Shown: positions 1 through 9,710 of the stretch, one piece after another
Layout of the letters: each line of letters opens with the position of its first letter
How positions within the stretch are numbered: the stretch's first letter is position 1
Source of the DNA: Candidatus Dormiibacterota bacterium
Lineage (GTDB): Bacteria > Chloroflexota > Dormibacteria > Aeolococcales > Bog-877
DNA: 64,000 nucleotides
Direction of reading: 5' to 3'
NCBI GenBank assembly: GCA_049790415.1
Contig: JBAQYY010000042.1
Coordinates: 5,094 to 69,093, forward strand
Position numbers and translations under genes: made by a program
The notes under the pieces: model-generated
What the model saw: the letters and a program-made list of their open reading frames with translations, nothing else
Told to the model about the DNA's origin: nothing
The model's database searches: none

Positions 1-209
1 CATGGTGTACACAGAGTAGCACAAACGTGAGAGGACTCTCCCCAGCCGGAAGACGGAGAAGTAACTCGGGCAACTCTTGGTGCCAGAGGGTCGAACCTTG
101 CGCCCCAGAGGCCCAAACCTGTACGAATGCAGTGGATGCGAACGATACCCCGACGCGGAAGCAGAAATCACCTAACTTCTCGCACTAGGCGGAGGTTTAG
201 CGGGCCGCA

Positions 210-1085
210 GTGAGTCAGATGACTGAGCTTGACTTTAGCGACGGCGCGGCGGTGCCGAACCTGGCCGTTGCCTGGATCCACGGTTCCGAAGCCGCCAAGT
301 ACAACGCCGACCCCGATATCCAAGTGCACTCCTACGACGAGCACACCTACATCCTGCGCCAGAACATGGCGGTGAGCTACGAGGCACCCTTCATGTTTCT
401 CCTCTTCGGACGGTCCCAGGCACTTCTTCTCGACACCGGTGCGACCGCGAGTCCGCGCTTCTTTCCACTGCGACGCACCATCGACTCGATCATGACCAAC
501 TGGATGAACGCGCATGCACACCCAGACGATTACCGCTTACTGGTCCTCCACACCCACTCACACACTGACCACACCGCGGCTGATGAACAGTTCGCGGATC
601 GACCCAACACGTTCCTAATTGGGGCTAAGCGGGATCAGGCCTGGCCCTACTTCGGCTTCGCCGACGAGCCGGAGGCAGTAGTCGACGTCGATCTCGGCGG
701 GCGGGTTATCGATTGCCTGGCAACCCCCGGCCATCACGAGGCTGCGGTCACTTACTACGATCGCTACAGCGGCATTCTGTTCACCGGCGACACCATTTAT
801 CCGGGTCGCCTCTATATCTTCGACTGGGCAGCCTTCATCCGTTCGATCGACCGGCTCGTCGAGTGGTGTACGCAGCGGCCAGTCAAATACCTGCTCGGCT
901 GTCACATCGAAATGAGTACCACGGCGGGGGTGGACTATCCCGTCGGCTGGAGCTACCAGCCCGATGAAACACCACTAGAACTGACGACCGACCATCTGGA
1001 CCAGATCCAGGACACGCTGCGAGGTCACAACTTCCAACGCCAGCGCTACGTGCTGCCCGAGTTGATCATCACGCCGGTGGGCTAG
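210..1085 (+). CDS. MBL-fold metallo-hydrolase
   Basis: 291-aa ORF with the metallo-beta-lactamase zinc motif HTHSHTDH (HxHxDH). Downstream His ligands are present (ATPGHHEAA, GCHIE). Confidence 0.8.
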   Translation: MSQMTELDFSDGAAVPNLAVAWIHGSEAAKYNADPDIQVHSYDEHTYILRQNMAVSYEAPFMFLLFGRSQALLLDTGATASPRFFPLRRTIDSIMTNWMNAHAHPDDYRLLVLHTHSHTDHTAADEQFADRPNTFLIGAKRDQAWPYFGFADEPEAVVDVDLGGRVIDCLATPGHHEAAVTYYDRYSGILFTGDTIYPGRLYIFDWAAFIRSIDRLVEWCTQRPVKYLLGCHIEMSTTAGVDYPVGWSYQPDETPLELTTDHLDQIQDTLRGHNFQRQRYVLPELIITPVG

Positions 1086-1128
1086 TCCCGCGTCGGCGTT
1101 TTCGGAAGCAACCGACCAGGCTGCCGGA

Positions 1129-1692
1129 TCAGCTGAGAAAGGGCCATTGAAGCCAGGTTCCTAGAACCGGCTCAAGTGACTCCTCCTCAAACGCCAGATG
1201 TTCCAACAGCCGTGTCGATAGTTCGTTTAGGGCATCCACCAACCTGCCTCGCTCCAGCGTCGAGTCACCCGCATTTAGGGCGTCGGCGGTCGCCTCGACG
1301 TCATCAAGCAGAAGAGATACCGCTCGGTGATCTGCCTCCAACCGGTCGACAACCGTGTTCAAGCGAGCGTCGGCCTGGCGCACAGCGGGAAAGAGCGCAA
1401 CATCCTCCGCCCCGTGGTGCCCATGGACGAACCTGCAGTAATGGAGACAGGTTATGCGAAGCTGAAAGAGGGGACCGCCAGCCTGCAGATAGCGGATCTC
1501 ACCCTGCACCTCGGCCGCAGTGGCGCCGTCGGTAACCGCTCTGGCGAGCCGTTCACAGGTGCGCAGATCTCGTCGCAGCAGGTTGTGCACCCACTTCAAC
1601 TGGTCCAGGATAGTGGTTGTCCCAGGGCCGTTAGTGGACACTATCCGCCGACAGCTCCGGTGCCGTAGACGAGTAGCCCAACATGCATCCAA
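1129..1692 (-). CDS. Hemerythrin (HHE cation-binding) domain protein
   Basis: Helical ORF with spaced His/Glu/Asp ligand motifs (FVHGHHGAEDV, LEADH, LLEHLAFEEE) typical of hemerythrin-like domains. The start is uncertain; an internal GTG near 1641 is possible. Confidence 0.6.
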   Translation of the reverse strand: MDACWATRLRHRSCRRIVSTNGPGTTTILDQLKWVHNLLRRDLRTCERLARAVTDGATAAEVQGEIRYLQAGGPLFQLRITCLHYCRFVHGHHGAEDVALFPAVRQADARLNTVVDRLEADHRAVSLLLDDVEATADALNAGDSTLERGRLVDALNELSTRLLEHLAFEEESLEPVLGTWLQWPFLS

Positions 1693-1747
1693 ACCAGAAT
1701 AGGGCGTGTCAGTCGGGTGAGGTCAGGGAAGGCCAGTCTGCGCCGGC

Positions 1748-2764
1748 TTGCCTTCCATCGTGGAAGCGAGCTGGACTGCCGGCGCGGATCCATTGTCACC
1801 GGGACCCCTTGATACTTCTGCAGGAGTGCCCAGAGAGAGCCCGACCCAAGCACCGGTGAGTCCGTTTCCGACCACCGTCGGTCATCTGCTGCTGAGAGGT
1901 GGTGGCGGAGAGCCGGTGGATTGGCGGCGCATCCTGGCCTCGCACGGGGTGGCTACCCTGCCGCCCAATCGCATCGACAGCACGGCCTGGACCCTGCAGA
2001 CGACGCTCACGGGGGAAGACGGGCTGAGCCACGCGGTACTGGTCGCTGAGCTGCAGTCGGGAGTGGCGACCGTGCGCGGCAGGGGAGTGTTTTCGCCCGC
2101 GGATAGCGAGCGCATTCTCGCGATCTGCCGCCGAATCCTGAGCCTGGACGAGGACCTCTCGCGCTTCTATCTAATCGCGGCTCGCGATCCCGACATCGCC
2201 TGGGCGACCGCTGGCGCGGGCCGGATGCTGCGCAGTCCGAGTGTGTTCGAGGACGTGGTCAAGACCATCTGCACCACCAACTGTGCTTGGTCCGGCACCG
2301 AGAGGATGGTGGCGGCACTGGTGGGTCGCCTGGGCCGCCCCGACGGTTACGGTGAGCACGCCTTCCCCAGTCCACAGGCGATGGCCGAGGCGGACCTCGA
2401 CTTTTATCGGGATGTGGCCAGGACCGGTTATCGCGGGCCCTATCTGCAAGCGCTCGCCCGGGTTGTCGCCTCCGGAGCCCTCGATCTAGACGCTCTCAAA
2501 GATCCCGCTCTGACCGACGCCGAGGCCGAGCTTCGACTTCTCTCCCTGGCCGGGGTTGGCCCCTACGCCGCGGCTCACATCATGCTGACGGCGTTGGGCC
2601 GCTACCGACTGCTAATCCTGGATTCCTGGACTCGGCCCACCTACGCGCAGTTGAGCGGAAGGCGCACCTCGGAGCTAGCTATCCGGCGCCGCTTCCGCAA
2701 GTTCGGCGCCTATCAAGGGTTGGCCTTCTGGCTCTACCTGACCCGCGACTGGGTCGCGGAATGA
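1748..2764 (+). CDS. HhH-GPD DNA glycosylase (AlkA / 3-methyladenine glycosylase II-like)
   Basis: C-terminal helix-hairpin-helix signature LSLAGVGPYAAAHIMLTALG followed by a conserved Asp (LILDSW). The size and AlkA-like N-terminal domain fit the family. The start (TTG at 1748) is uncertain. Confidence 0.65.
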   Translation: MPSIVEASWTAGADPLSPGPLDTSAGVPRESPTQAPVSPFPTTVGHLLLRGGGGEPVDWRRILASHGVATLPPNRIDSTAWTLQTTLTGEDGLSHAVLVAELQSGVATVRGRGVFSPADSERILAICRRILSLDEDLSRFYLIAARDPDIAWATAGAGRMLRSPSVFEDVVKTICTTNCAWSGTERMVAALVGRLGRPDGYGEHAFPSPQAMAEADLDFYRDVARTGYRGPYLQALARVVASGALDLDALKDPALTDAEAELRLLSLAGVGPYAAAHIMLTALGRYRLLILDSWTRPTYAQLSGRRTSELAIRRRFRKFGAYQGLAFWLYLTRDWVAE

Positions 2765-2793
2765 CACTCCGGAAGCTGTCCGCTTTTTGCCCC

Positions 2794-3810
2794 TCAGCGG
2801 ACATGGAGCGGGAGAGCCGGGGCTGGTGCCAGCGATACCTGCCAGGGAAGCGGCAGGGGATACCACTCCAGGTCGAGCAGACGCCGCGGCGCCTTGTGGG
2901 GAACCGGGTACTGCATGGCGAAGACGCGATCTCCGCCACCACGGATCTCACCCGCGGCAGCGCAGTTGAGCGCATGGTCGGTACTCGCCTTGTAGTCGAC
3001 GCCCGAGAGACCCTCGACAAAGTTGGGGCAGAAATTCCGCAAATTGATCGTCTTCTTGCCAGCGTTGCTCAGCAGCAACCGATATTTCAGCAGGTGCCCT
3101 GGAACCGCCCTACCGGGGTCAATCAGCTTCGCGACCAGCTTGAAGATGGGCGCCGGCGCCGGCGTGCCGGTTGCCGAGAAGGCAACTAGCCCTACCGACC
3201 CGCACGGTGCGAACAACGGTGACTGGGAAATCGTTGTCACCACCAACGCGCCAGTGGGACCGGGGAATGTGAACGTCATGCGGGCGACCGTTGCTGCGCT
3301 GCGCAGGCAGTTGGCGCCATCCAGCTGCTGGGGACTCCAGACCAATCCGACCGACGCCTCGCCTCCGGGAGTAGCTGTGTGATTCGGGCTGATGCTCTGG
3401 TTGGCAGCCATTAGAACGTCGGTCGTATCCACTGTGGGTGCGGCACCGGAATGTGCTTCGATCTCATTGCCATCTGAGCCGAATAGGCGGAGTGTGGGCG
3501 CTCCAGAGAGACGGCACTCGGTCGACGAGTGGTTGACGATGACGACGTCGCTCTGCAACTGCGCCCCGGTCATTCCTTGGGTTCCGGTGAGGGCGCCAGT
3601 CAGCTGTGCCGCCCGACACAGGGGAGTGCCAATTGGGATGGCGTCAGGTTTTGGTCCGACGGTCCGTGGCGCCGTCGCCGGCCGAGAACTCCACGGCACC
3701 ACGTGCACGGTGGACTTGGCGAGAGCAGCTGTTCCACCCGGCACCAGGGACAGGAGAGCCAGCCCCAAGGCTAGTCCGCCGCAGCAGCGGCGGCGGCGCC
3801 ATCGCGTCAT
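2794..3810 (-). CDS. Secreted protein with DUF4232-like Cys-framed beta domains
   Basis: The ORF is trimmed to ATG 3810 (MTRWRRRRCCGGLALGLALLSLVPGGTAALA = Arg-rich n-region plus hydrophobic signal peptide). The pattern C..AQL....(hydrophobic strand)N.S...C.L.G.P.L is repeated as in DUF4232. The 5' extension to 4080 is rejected because it overlaps the divergent DinB gene. Confidence 0.5.
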   Translation of the reverse strand: MTRWRRRRCCGGLALGLALLSLVPGGTAALAKSTVHVVPWSSRPATAPRTVGPKPDAIPIGTPLCRAAQLTGALTGTQGMTGAQLQSDVVIVNHSSTECRLSGAPTLRLFGSDGNEIEAHSGAAPTVDTTDVLMAANQSISPNHTATPGGEASVGLVWSPQQLDGANCLRSAATVARMTFTFPGPTGALVVTTISQSPLFAPCGSVGLVAFSATGTPAPAPIFKLVAKLIDPGRAVPGHLLKYRLLLSNAGKKTINLRNFCPNFVEGLSGVDYKASTDHALNCAAAGEIRGGGDRVFAMQYPVPHKAPRRLLDLEWYPLPLPWQVSLAPAPALPLHVR

Positions 3811-3853
3811 GCCCGCCAGTCTGGCAGCGACCATGCCGCCTGTCCATGCCATC

Positions 3854-4345
3854 ATGCAGGGGATGTCCAAAGAGTCTGACCTGGACTTTCCCGTGGGCAA
3901 CCCCGATGAGCGTGAACTGCTGATCAGCTGGCTGCACTTCCTGCGGGGCGCCATCCTGCGCAAGCTCGAAGGCTTGAGCGAAGAGGCTGCCCGATGGCGC
4001 CCTGACGACCGCCTGATCTCGCTGCTCGGCATCGTCAACCACCTCACCCACGTTGAGTGGAGGTGGATCGACGGCGCCATGCTCGGGGAGGAGACGAGCC
4101 GGAGCGAGGAGGAGTTTCACCCTGGGTCCGAGCTACCCCTAGCCGATGCCGTCGAGGCCTACCGGGCGCGTGCCGAGAAGACCGATGCCGTGATCAGAGC
4201 GATGCCGTCACTGGCGGAAGCGAGCGTCCGCGGTGAGGGCCGCGATCTGCGCTGGGTGGTGCTGCACCTGATCAACGAGACAGCGCGGCATGCCGGCCAT
4301 GCGGACTCCACCCGGGAGCTGCTGGACGGCCTGACCGGCGAGTGA
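3854..4345 (+). CDS. DinB-family (DUF664/mycothiol-dependent-type) four-helix-bundle protein
   Basis: The C-terminal 164 aa of ORF 3392..4345, starting at ATG 3854, carry DinB His-triad elements (NHLTHVEWRW, LINETARHAGHAD). The upstream part of the ORF is antisense to the secreted-protein gene. Confidence 0.75.
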   Translation: MQGMSKESDLDFPVGNPDERELLISWLHFLRGAILRKLEGLSEEAARWRPDDRLISLLGIVNHLTHVEWRWIDGAMLGEETSRSEEEFHPGSELPLADAVEAYRARAEKTDAVIRAMPSLAEASVRGEGRDLRWVVLHLINETARHAGHADSTRELLDGLTGE

Positions 4346-4426
4346 GCAGCGCCGCGACGGCGTGATCTTCTCCTCCGCCCGGGGTGACGGTCCAAGCTTG
4401 CTGCTAGCCTAGAAGGGCAGTGGTGT

Positions 4427-4446
4427 GGGCCCTCCTGACCGGGCCC
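4427..4446 (+). terminator. Possible intrinsic terminator hairpin after the DinB gene
   Basis: GGGCCC-tcctgacc-GGGCCC stem-loop about 80 nt after the stop codon, followed by a pyrimidine/T-rich tract (ttccttctctc). The call is structural only. Confidence 0.25.
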
Positions 4447-4477
4447 CGTCCGCCCGATTCCTTCTCTCAGCTTCCCT

Positions 4478-5467
4478 TTGGAGGTAGCTCAGTTGACTCA
4501 GATGCCGTACCGCCGTCTCGGTCGTTCCGGACTCAAGGTGAGTCTGCTCTCGCTAGGCTCGTGGGTGAGCTTCGGAGCGCAGGTCGACGAGGACAAGGCG
4601 CTTGCCTGTATGAAGGCTGCCTACGACGGCGGCGTGAACTTCTTCGACAACGCCGAAGCCTATGCCGAGGGTGAGTCGGAGCAGATCATGGGCACCGCGC
4701 TGGCGCGGGCCGGCTGGCCCCGCAAGAGCTACGTCGTTTCGAGCAAGTTCTTCTGGGGCCTAGGGGACGGGGTCAACCTGTCCAACACCCTCAACCGCAA
4801 GTACCTGCTGCAGGCAGTCGACGCGTCGCTGGAGCGCTTCGGCCTCGACTTCCTCGATCTCGTCTTCTGCCACCGGGCTGACCCCGAGACCCCGATTGAG
4901 GAGACGGTCTGGGCCATGCATGACCTGATCGACCGGGGCAAGGCCCTCTACTGGGGCACTTCGGAGTGGGCCGCAGATGAGATCCGGGCCGCCTTCGAGG
5001 TCGCGGAGCGTCATCACCTGCACAAGCCGGTGATGGAACAGCCCGAGTACAACCTGTTCGCCCGCAAGCGGGTGGAACAGGAATACGCCCGGCTCTACGA
5101 AGACTGGGGACTGGGTCTGACCACCTGGAGCCCGCTGGCTTCGGGGTTGCTCACCGGTAAGTACCTGGAGGGCGTGCCCGCCGGCAGCCGAGCCGCGCTT
5201 CCCGGGTACGAATGGCTGCGCGACCAGCTGACCGATGCGGATGCCAACGCCAAGGTCCGGCGGCTCAAGGAGATTGCTGACCAACTGGGGTGCTCACTGG
5301 CGGAGCTGGCTCTCGCCTGGTGCGCCCATAACCCGCACGTCTCCACGGTCATCACCGGGGCGACCAGCGTCGAGCAGGTGGAGCAGAACTTGCGCTCACT
5401 GCAGGTCCTGGACAAACTCACGCCGGCGGTCCTGAGCCGGATCGACGAGCTCTTCCCGGTCGACTGA
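4478..5467 (+). CDS. Aldo/keto reductase (Kv-beta subunit-like subfamily)
   Basis: [21 protein letters not shown]..., the NFFDNAEAY motif and GTSEW... are hallmarks of AKR and voltage-gated K channel beta-type oxidoreductases. The true start is probably TTG 4493 or ATG 4502, downstream of GGAGG at 4480. Confidence 0.85.
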   Translation: MEVAQLTQMPYRRLGRSGLKVSLLSLGSWVSFGAQVDEDKALACMKAAYDGGVNFFDNAEAYAEGESEQIMGTALARAGWPRKSYVVSSKFFWGLGDGVNLSNTLNRKYLLQAVDASLERFGLDFLDLVFCHRADPETPIEETVWAMHDLIDRGKALYWGTSEWAADEIRAAFEVAERHHLHKPVMEQPEYNLFARKRVEQEYARLYEDWGLGLTTWSPLASGLLTGKYLEGVPAGSRAALPGYEWLRDQLTDADANAKVRRLKEIADQLGCSLAELALAWCAHNPHVSTVITGATSVEQVEQNLRSLQVLDKLTPAVLSRIDELFPVD

Positions 5468-5540
5468 GCGGCTCGACCGAAGGGCGTCTCAACCAGGCGG
5501 AGCGACGCGGGCGATTAGGGGAGGCAGCCGCAGCGGGAGT

Positions 5541-6326
5541 CTAGCTGGCCTCGACGAAGCGGCGGAGAAGGTCGGTCCAGCCGTCATCGCCGTCGAAGGT
5601 GGCCTGGAGGAGCTGGGCGTGATCCCCGATCTGCTCGACGCAGCGGTGCTCCAGCTCGACCAAGACCCCGCCCTCGGCGGTGGGCCTGAAGCGCACCTCG
5701 ATCTCGCTACGAACCGCAGGATCGTATTTCCAGTCCGAACTAACGCGCCAGCCCAAAACCACCCGCTGGACCGGTTCGAAGACCAGCACCTCACCCCAGG
5801 GAGACTCGCTGCCGTCATCGCCCCGTTCGTACCAGCGGCCGGCTGGCTTTGGCTCCATGACGATCGTCACGGCTGCCGCTACCCCGAAGTGGCAGCGGCC
5901 CAAAGGCCACCAGTCCCCCATGCCAGCGGTGAAGAGGTTGAAGGCACGCTCCGGACTGATCCGCAGGGTGACCTCCCGGCGGACCAGGAACCTAGCCTCG
6001 GGGTCGGAGTTCACTTCGGCTCGTCGTCCCACGGGCACCCCGCTGACTTCGGCGCTGGGCAAATTCGCGATCCGTTCCAGGTAATCCCGAAGTTCCCCCA
6101 CCCCCTTGGAGTTGACCCGGTAGGCCAGCTGCCGATGGCTACGGTCCTCAGTGACCAGGCCGGCGCCCTGCAAGGTTGACAACCAGTCGACCAGGACCGG
6201 CACCGGGGCGGCGAGCTGGGTCGCCAGTTCGGCAGCTGTCCGGGGTCCGTCGCCGAGGCGTTCCAAAACCTCGCGGCGACCGGGGTCGGCGAGAGCGTCG
6301 ATGGCACGGCTGAGGGTGGAAGCCAC
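5541..6326 (-). CDS. ArsR-family wHTH regulator fused to an SRPBCC/AHSA1 (Aha1-like) domain
   Basis: The N-terminus DALADPGRREVLERL...RTAAELA...LSTLQGAGLV is an ArsR/SmtB HTH. The C-terminal 150 aa (ISPERAFNLFT...WWP...W..G) matches the activator-of-Hsp90-ATPase-like SRPBCC fold. Confidence 0.75.
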   Translation of the reverse strand: MASTLSRAIDALADPGRREVLERLGDGPRTAAELATQLAAPVPVLVDWLSTLQGAGLVTEDRSHRQLAYRVNSKGVGELRDYLERIANLPSAEVSGVPVGRRAEVNSDPEARFLVRREVTLRISPERAFNLFTAGMGDWWPLGRCHFGVAAAVTIVMEPKPAGRWYERGDDGSESPWGEVLVFEPVQRVVLGWRVSSDWKYDPAVRSEIEVRFRPTAEGGVLVELEHRCVEQIGDHAQLLQATFDGDDGWTDLLRRFVEAS

Positions 6327-6419
6327 GGCGGTAACTATGAGCCCCGTGGCGCCCTCAAGGAAAGCCGGGTCAGAATTGCCGCCGATTCGTCAGCACAGGA
6401 AACCGACTCCATCAAGTCT

Positions 6420-6956
6420 TCAGCCGTCGGAGTCGGACCCCTTCAGACTCCGGCGCAGCTCAGAAAGAGCTGCCTCCATGGCAGCTGACAGAGCCCGTCG
6501 GGCTTGCTCTGGATTGGACGCGGACGTGGCCAGTCGCCCCCACTCGCCGCTGAACCGAGATAGCTGTCGCTGCAACTCGCTGCCCAACGGAGTCGTCTGA
6601 TCCTGGTTTCGCAGCGCCTTGGCTTGGGCCCGCATCTCCTCCCGAAGCGCCTGGGCCGAGCGGCGCACGTCGGCCTTGAGAGGGGAGCCCATCCCGTGAT
6701 GAATCCTCTCCACCTCGGCGTCGAGCTCGCCGACCTGGGCCGCCTGCTCGCGGAGTTCCGCTCTGCCCGCCTCCGTGAGCCGGTAGAAGACACGCCCCGC
6801 CTCGTCGCGGGCAGCCACCAGCCCATCGCGCTCGAGCTGGCGCAGCCGCGGATAAACCGTCCCTGCGGAGGGTCGGTAATCGCCACCGATCCGTTCCTGC
6901 AGGGTGCGGATGATCTGGTAGCCGTGCAGCTCGCCCTCCTCGAGGAGGGCGAGCAC
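6420..6956 (-). CDS. PadR-family transcriptional regulator
   Basis: LALLEEGELHGYQIIRTLQERIGGDYRPSAGTVYPRLRQLERDGLV is the canonical PadR wHTH. The conserved N-terminal helix (FRHGWLRLY) is encoded in frame upstream of the annotated GTG, so the start may be CTG at 6995 (see findings). Confidence 0.8.
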   Translation of the reverse strand: MLALLEEGELHGYQIIRTLQERIGGDYRPSAGTVYPRLRQLERDGLVAARDEAGRVFYRLTEAGRAELREQAAQVGELDAEVERIHHGMGSPLKADVRRSAQALREEMRAQAKALRNQDQTTPLGSELQRQLSRFSGEWGRLATSASNPEQARRALSAAMEAALSELRRSLKGSDSDG

Positions 6957-6991
6957 GTACAGCCGCAGCCAGCCGTGTCGAAAGACTGGGC

Positions 6992-7777
6992 TCAGGCGCT
7001 CGCCTCCGCGAGCACCGCCACCGCCCCGGACACGGTGCTGACCCGGACCTCGCCTTGGCCCTCCCCGAGCGCTCCCTTGAGAGTTCTGGAGCCGGGACCG
7101 CTCTTGGCCTTCAGTTCGGGAAAGCTCGAAGTCAGTCGCCCCGAGACGGAATCCACGCGCACCGCTTGCGATGGCTCCGAGGCCAGCCGCAGGTAGACCG
7201 CCCCGGACACTGTCTGGACCTCGGCGGTGGCGGTGGATCCCGCCTGTTGGAGGTCCGCCGTGACGTCACCGGAAACGCTCTCCAGGCGAACCGCGTTGGC
7301 CAGGTAGGCGTCGAGCGTCACGTCTCCAGACACGGTCTCGCCGCGGAGTTCGCCAGCTTGGCCACGGGCGTTGAGTTCCCCCGACACGGTGGTGGCCCGG
7401 GTCTTGCCGCTCAGGCTCTCCAGGGTGATCTCGCCGGACACGGTCTCCAACTTCACGTCGGCGGCCAGCCCCTCGGCCAGGACGGAGGCGGACACGGCCT
7501 CCAGGTGGACCTTGCAGTCCGCTGGCACCTGAATCGCCAGGGAGGCCGAGACCTTGCTCAGGCCCCAGGAGGGATGGGGCTGCTCCTGACTTATCTCCAG
7601 ACGACCTTGGGCCAGACTGACCTGCAGCTCGGGTCCGGTGACCTGTCGGACCTCGAGAGTGGCCGGACCTTCGCCGGCCCTCAGCTCGACCTCACCGCCA
7701 ACCAGGTTGACGCGAAGGTCGGACGGGATCTCATCGAATTGGATCGTCTCTGGTGCTTCGATCTTCCACTCGCTCAT
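6992..7777 (-). CDS. DUF4097-type beta-strand-repeat protein (putative adhesin fold), co-operonic with PadR
   Basis: Repeated V(S/T)G(D/E)(V/I)..... strands (TVSGEITL, TVSGELNA, TVSGDVTL, SVSGDVTA, TVSGAVYL, SVSGRLTS, TVSGAVAV) are typical of DUF4097. PadR-DUF4097 pairing is a common arrangement. Confidence 0.65.
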   Translation of the reverse strand: MSEWKIEAPETIQFDEIPSDLRVNLVGGEVELRAGEGPATLEVRQVTGPELQVSLAQGRLEISQEQPHPSWGLSKVSASLAIQVPADCKVHLEAVSASVLAEGLAADVKLETVSGEITLESLSGKTRATTVSGELNARGQAGELRGETVSGDVTLDAYLANAVRLESVSGDVTADLQQAGSTATAEVQTVSGAVYLRLASEPSQAVRVDSVSGRLTSSFPELKAKSGPGSRTLKGALGEGQGEVRVSTVSGAVAVLAEASA

Positions 7778-7806
7778 TGCAGACCTCCCACTTCGTTCGG
7801 CGGATT

Positions 7807-7843
7807 ACGATATAGCGCACTCTAGCACAACGCGATATATCGT
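7807..7843. promoter_or_regulatory. AT-rich inverted repeat upstream of the DUF4097-PadR operon (candidate PadR operator)
   Basis: ACGATATAGCG (7807-7817) and CGCGATATATCGT (7831-7843) are near-perfect reverse complements. They lie 30-66 nt upstream of the operon start, in the only AT-rich patch of this region. Confidence 0.4.
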
Positions 7844-7867
7844 GTCTGCGGCGACCCCGAGAGCTAG

Positions 7868-8836
7868 TCAGTCAGGTCTCGCCCCTTCCTCGGCCGCGCC
7901 GGGAGAGTCGATCTCCGGCCAGCGGAGGTCGGCGAAGCGGCGCAGATGATGCTGCTCGGCATATTGCAGGCAGCCCTCGACGATCTCCTTGCTGGCTTGG
8001 GGATTGTTGAAGTTGGCGGTGCCGACCTGGACAGCATCTGCACCTGCCACCAAGAACTCCAGGGCGTCGCTGGGGCTGGCGATGCCGCCGATCCCGATTA
8101 CCGGGATCCGCACCGCCCGACGGACCCGAGTGACCGCCGCCAGAGCCAGCGGCTTGATCGCCGGGCCACTCAGGCCTCCCGTGCCCAGGCCGGGCAGTAC
8201 CGGGCGCCGGGAGGGCAGATTCACCTTCATGCCGACGTAGGTGTTGACTGCCGAGACCGCGTCGGCGCCGGCGTCCTCGACAGCCCGGGCGACCTCAGCG
8301 ATGTCAGTCACGTTGGGGCTCAGCTTCACCACCAGGGGAAGATCAGTAGCCGCGCGGACGGCGGCGACGCAGCGAGCGGCTGCCGCCGGTTCGGTGGCGA
8401 AGTCGAGCCCGTGGGCGATGTTGGGGCAGGAGATGTTGAGCTCAACTCCAGCCACCCCAGCCACCCCAGTCAGCCGTTCGACCACCATGACGTACTCGGC
8501 GATGTCGGCTCCGGCCACGTTGACCAGGACCGGCACCGGCCAGGCGGCCCACCGGGGCGCGTAGTCGCCGGCCACCACCTCAACGCCGGGGTTCTGCAAT
8601 CCGATCGAGTTGAGCATCCCCGCCGCGGTCTCGGCGATTCGGGGCGGACGGTTGCCCTCTCGAGGCAGCGGTGTCGTGCCCTTGCTGAAGATGGCGCCCA
8701 GGTGGCCGATCCCGGCTAGGGCCTCAGCCTCGAAGCCGAAGCCGAACGTTCCGGAGGCAACTGCGATGGGGTTCTTCAAGACGAGACCGCGGCCGAGGTC
8801 GACCCGGGCATCGAAGGCGGCCGAGAGCGTGCTCAT
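7868..8836 (-). CDS. pyrD: Dihydroorotate dehydrogenase, class 1B catalytic subunit
   Basis: VDLGRGLVLKNPIAVASGTFGFG..., NISCPN and GGLSGPAIKPLAL are DHOD class 1 motifs. The start is set at ATG 8836, which forms an ATGA overlap with the pyrK stop. Confidence 0.85.
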   Translation of the reverse strand: MSTLSAAFDARVDLGRGLVLKNPIAVASGTFGFGFEAEALAGIGHLGAIFSKGTTPLPREGNRPPRIAETAAGMLNSIGLQNPGVEVVAGDYAPRWAAWPVPVLVNVAGADIAEYVMVVERLTGVAGVAGVELNISCPNIAHGLDFATEPAAAARCVAAVRAATDLPLVVKLSPNVTDIAEVARAVEDAGADAVSAVNTYVGMKVNLPSRRPVLPGLGTGGLSGPAIKPLALAAVTRVRRAVRIPVIGIGGIASPSDALEFLVAGADAVQVGTANFNNPQASKEIVEGCLQYAEQHHLRRFADLRWPEIDSPGAAEEGARPD

Positions 8837-9710
8837 GCCAGGTGCGCCGGTTGCAAAAGGAGCTGCTCCCAGTCCAGCAGCGATGCCCGGAGGACGGGTC
8901 CCTGACGGCAGCACAACCCGATCACCGGGTCGCCCTCACCCCGGAGTGGGATGGCGCACCCGAGACACGTTCCGAAACCACATCCCAGGGGCGCCTCGAT
9001 GGAGACCTCCAGCGGCAGATTGCTGGAGTTGGAGCTCGAGATCAGCTGGAAAACCGCGCCCAACATCTGGTTGGGTCCGCAAGCGTAGACGCGGTCGACA
9101 TCCTTGAGGACCGGGAGAAGGCCGGCCGTGATGCGCCCAGGACGGCCCTGGCTGCCGTCTTCGGTGAACTGGACGACCTCCTGAATTCCGCTCGGGAGGA
9201 GGTCCTCCGGATAGAGCTCATCACGGGTCCTCGCCCCATTCACCCAAATCACCTCTTCCCCCAGCTGCCGCAGTCGCTCCGCCAGCAAGGGGAAGGGAGC
9301 CGCTCCCAGGCCGCCCAGGACCAATGCCGAGCGCCCAGGCCTCTCGGGCAGAGTGAAGCCCCGGCCCAGGGGACCGAGAATTCGAGCCCGGACCCCAGGG
9401 GAGTAGGCGCGCAGCCGCCGGCTTCCCTCTCCGACCACACCGAGGTAGAAGGCCACTGTGCCGGTGTTGGGGTCGGCCCGGCTGAAGGAGAAGGGGCGGC
9501 GCAGGAGAGGGATATGGCTGCGCTCGACCCAGATCTGCGCGAACTCACCGGGTTGGGCCAGCTGGGCGATCTTCGGGGAGATGAAGCTTATCTCGAACAG
9601 GTTGCCCGCCAAGGGACGGAGTTGGCTGCATTCGGCGAACTCCTCGATCGCCCGGCTGAGGTCACTCTCACCGGCAAGGCCCTTGGCTGAGGCGGCGTTA
9701 GCCATAAGGC

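Noticed and set aside
78-165. tRNA-like 3' end on the minus strand (…GGTTCGACCCTCTGGCACCA, i.e. a T-loop-like GGTTCGA plus ACCA)
   Set aside because: No complementary 5' acceptor strand (GCCAGAG or GU variants) exists within 100 nt. The T-stem has a mismatch, and I could not fold a D-arm or anticodon arm. The CCTCTGG element occurs as a direct rather than inverted repeat. It may be a tRNA fragment or att relic, or it may be chance, and I cannot support it as a gene.
3392-3853. 5' extension of the DinB ORF (317-aa version), and the 428-aa version of the secreted-protein ORF extending to 4080
   Set aside because: The two extended ORFs overlap each other on opposite strands. Recognisable sequence begins only at ATG 3854 (DinB) and ATG 3810 (signal peptide), so both genes were trimmed.
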